From positions 1 through 64,000 of the forward strand of contig JAPDKB010000002.1 of the NCBI GenBank assembly GCA_029258795.1: DNA of 64,000 nucleotides, given 5' to 3'. The notes below the pieces were generated by a model. That model saw nothing but the letters and a program-made list of their open reading frames with translations. It was not told the DNA's origin and ran no database searches. Each line of letters starts with the position of its first letter. Position 1 is the first letter of the stretch. Position numbers and translations under genes: made by a program. Source of the DNA: an archaeon (GTDB lineage: Archaea > EX4484-52 > WAPT01). Of this stretch, positions 61,553 through 64,000 are shown piece by piece.

Positions 61553-62696
61553 GGCTTCGAGACAAAATTCATAGCTTGAGTTTTCGAGCTATGAAGATCA
61601 GAACTCCATACCACAAAAATTAGTTAGCTAAAACATTTCCGTATAAAAAACCATATTATACAGCATGGGGGATAAAAAGAAAAGAAAAATAACAACCGAG
61701 GAAATAAGAGACATTACAAACAAACTTGATAAAATAATCAAATATTACAAAGAGAAATACGGGGAAGATAAGAGCAGGAGAGACTGGCGTACATATGAGC
61801 AGAGAAGAACATTAAGGATGAAGCAGGCAGGGAGAGAGCTAAAAAATCTTATAGAAAGGGCTGCAGAGAATATAGAAATAGCTAAGGATAACAACAGGGG
61901 AAGAAAGCCGAAGCTTACAGCCAAGGACAAAGCCCTGATCATTCTTATAAAGGAAATATTCGATCTGAGCAACAGAGAACTTGCTGATATGATATTCATC
62001 TTTTCCTTAATGGCAGGAGTTGATGTAAGTTATAAAACCATTGAGAGAGCTTACGATGATGAGCTTGTTAAGTTAAGCCTGCACAACTTATTCGTTCTCA
62101 TGGTTAAGGAAAAGATTATAGATGATGTTGAGCTTGCTGGAGATGGAACTGGATACAGCTTGAGCATTAAGAAGCAATATGCTGATATTGAGGATGAGGG
62201 AAAGCAAAGAAAGGATTTCGTTTATTACTTTGCTCTGCTCGATTTAAGAACAAATCTTTATGTTGGATATGGCTACAGTAAAAGGTCGGAGAGGGATGCT
62301 TTTGATAAGGCCATGAAAATTATGAGTAAGCTCGGCATTAATGTTAAGAGTGTGAGGCTTGATAGATATTATTCAAGCAACGCTGTGGTTAAAGAATATT
62401 TTGATGATAAGGATGTTAAGCTTTATTTAATTCCCAAGAAGAATGCTTCTGTTAAAGGCTGTAAGAAATGGAAGGAAGTTATGCATGGCTTTGCTGATGA
62501 TGTTTACGGGTTTTTGCGTGAGTATTTTAAAAGGAATAAAGTTGAAAGCATGTTTTCCTTTGATAAGCGTAAGTTTTCTTCTCGATTAAGGGTCAGGAAG
62601 GATGAGAGAATTGCTACGAGCTTGCTTGCAAGGACTGTCTTGCATAATTTGTTTTGGTTTTATGGTTAGCTATTGGGTTAATTTTGTCCCAAAGCC
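61553..62696 (+). mobile_element. Complete IS with 17-bp TIRs and intact DDE transposase (61665-62669); possibly ISNCY/ISA1214-like
   Basis: Left GGCTTCGAGACAAAATT versus right (reverse complement) GGCTTTGGGACAAAATT, 15/17 match. GDGTG, RLDRYY and R..VESMFS..KR motifs. Family name tentative. Confidence 0.85.
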
Positions 62697-62753
62697 ACCA
62701 CAACCACAAACTTTATATACGACGATCGCAATATTTCTATCTGGGTGATTTGG

Positions 62754-63773
62754 ATGGCGGAGAATTCTCCTAATTACCGATATGATCCTCTCATAGGCGA
62801 GCTTTACTTGAATAAAATCTCGTGTGAGTTAACAACCAGAAAGTTTCACAATGACTTGAGGAGGGAGTTCGAGGCCATTCTGGGCGCGGTAGCTAAATCC
62901 ATGTTCTACACGGTGGGTAAGGTAACGGGCATGATTGTTGCAAAGTACTTTGATGATATTGATGTGCTTTCGTGGATGGGTTGGGGTGTGCCTCTGGTTA
63001 AAAAAGATGGAAGCGTGGAAGTTAAAAATTCTTACATGACCATGTATCGGAGCGAGATAGGCAAGAAGTCATGCGATATCGTTGCAGGATTTCTGGCAGG
63101 GTGGTTCAGTAGGAAGGAAAAGGATAATGTCGATTTTATAGAATCGAGGTGCGCCTCAACCACTAAGTTCAAGACCTGCAGGTTTGAAAGGGTTGAAAAG
63201 AATGTGGCTGTCGAAGTACCTAAAATCAGGATGAAGAAGCCCAGAGAACACCTGAAAAATGTGAATATAAACCTGAAACCATCCAGTGGTGAGATAATTT
63301 ATAGGGGAGATTCGTCTCTCATCATTCCACGTGGCTTTACCGCGATCTTTCAGAGGGAATTTGAAAGGGTGATCGGGGCTGTTGCTTCCAGAAAAATGTA
63401 CGAAGTTGTGAAGAAAATAAGTTATGAGGCAGTTGTGAAGGAGCAGGGGTTCAGGTTTATTGGACTTGCTATTCTTCCCAAATTCATCCGTGCAAAGCTG
63501 CTTCTTCATGAAGAGCTTGTGCAGCTACCCGAAAGAGGTTTTGGGAATGTCAGGGTTTTAAGACTGGATTTGAAGGAAGGGATTCTGCTGGAAATTGATA
63601 ATTCTTACAACGCATTCACCTACGGTAAGGTTGGCAAGCCCGTGTGTCACACGCTTGCAGGAGTTCTTGCGGGAGGTGCCAAGGCGGTGATTGGCGGAGA
63701 TTGGGAATGCGTGGAGAATAAATGCGTTGCTGCAGGAGATGGTGTCTGCGAGTTCGAGTTGAAGCCGGCGTGA
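62754..63773 (+). CDS. Protein with two tandem V4R domains
   Basis: GWG..NSY..SCDIVAG..ESRC..CRF followed by GFG..NSY..PVCHTLAG..ENKC..GDGVCEF. Confidence 0.88.
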   Translation: MAENSPNYRYDPLIGELYLNKISCELTTRKFHNDLRREFEAILGAVAKSMFYTVGKVTGMIVAKYFDDIDVLSWMGWGVPLVKKDGSVEVKNSYMTMYRSEIGKKSCDIVAGFLAGWFSRKEKDNVDFIESRCASTTKFKTCRFERVEKNVAVEVPKIRMKKPREHLKNVNINLKPSSGEIIYRGDSSLIIPRGFTAIFQREFERVIGAVASRKMYEVVKKISYEAVVKEQGFRFIGLAILPKFIRAKLLLHEELVQLPERGFGNVRVLRLDLKEGILLEIDNSYNAFTYGKVGKPVCHTLAGVLAGGAKAVIGGDWECVENKCVAAGDGVCEFELKPA

Positions 63774-63832
63774 AAGTACTGCAAAATTTAAAAGTTAACG
63801 CTGTAAAATATTTTTCGTTCTCCTGCCCGGGT

Positions 63833-64000
63833 GCGGGGGTTGCCGAGCCTGGCCAAAGGCGCTGCCTTGAGGGGGCAGCCGCCGCGGTGTATGAGAGGTG
63901 GCGCCGCAGTGGCCCATTCCCTTAGTGGGTTCGAGGGTTCAAAAGCTTGGTCAAGCCGTCCTCCCTCGGCAGCTTAAATGGCTGGAAGTCCCTCCCCCCG
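63833..64000 (+). tRNA. tRNA-Leu(GAG) with two introns: 43/44 (63879-63917) and 59/60 (63944-63988); 3' end runs off the window
   Basis: GCGGGGGTTGCCGAGCCTGGCCAAAGGC D arm; CTGCC-TTGAGGG-GGCAG anticodon arm; variable arm TCCCTTAGTGGGTTC; GAGGG/CCCTC T stem; both junctions form BHBs. Confidence 0.9.

Overview
Archaeal chromosomal window, most consistent with a DPANN-type lineage (inference from eS19/eL39/eL31/aIF6, RFC-L, Cdc48, an archaeal type IV pilus locus, giant sequon-rich surface proteins and heavily intron-split tRNAs). Layout: 1-22.2 kb, a five-gene surface-protein operon including a 4336-aa protein. 22-31.7 kb, nitroreductase, cysteine synthase, methyltransferase, tRNA-Trp, three wHTH-ATPases, and an AT-rich V4R / isoprenoid-synthase-like pair next to a KaiC-like ATPase. 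32-39 kb, tRNA-Gly and the pilus locus. 39-46.8 kb, housekeeping genes. 46.9-55 kb, gyrBA bracketed by two copies of a 7TM + V4R gene pair. 55-64 kb, an IS graveyard followed by tRNA-Leu. The most striking signal is non-coding. Downstream of an IS110 transposase remnant (55060-55335, minus strand) lies an intact-looking two-loop bridge-RNA-like structure. Its target loop spells the terminal inverted repeat of a different IS whose full copy is at 61553-62696, and the element end is joined to a 12-bp stub of that same repeat. Four of five tRNAs carry bulge-helix-bulge (BHB) introns at non-canonical positions, three of them at 59/60. All calls were made by eye from the sequence; no searches or folding programs were run.
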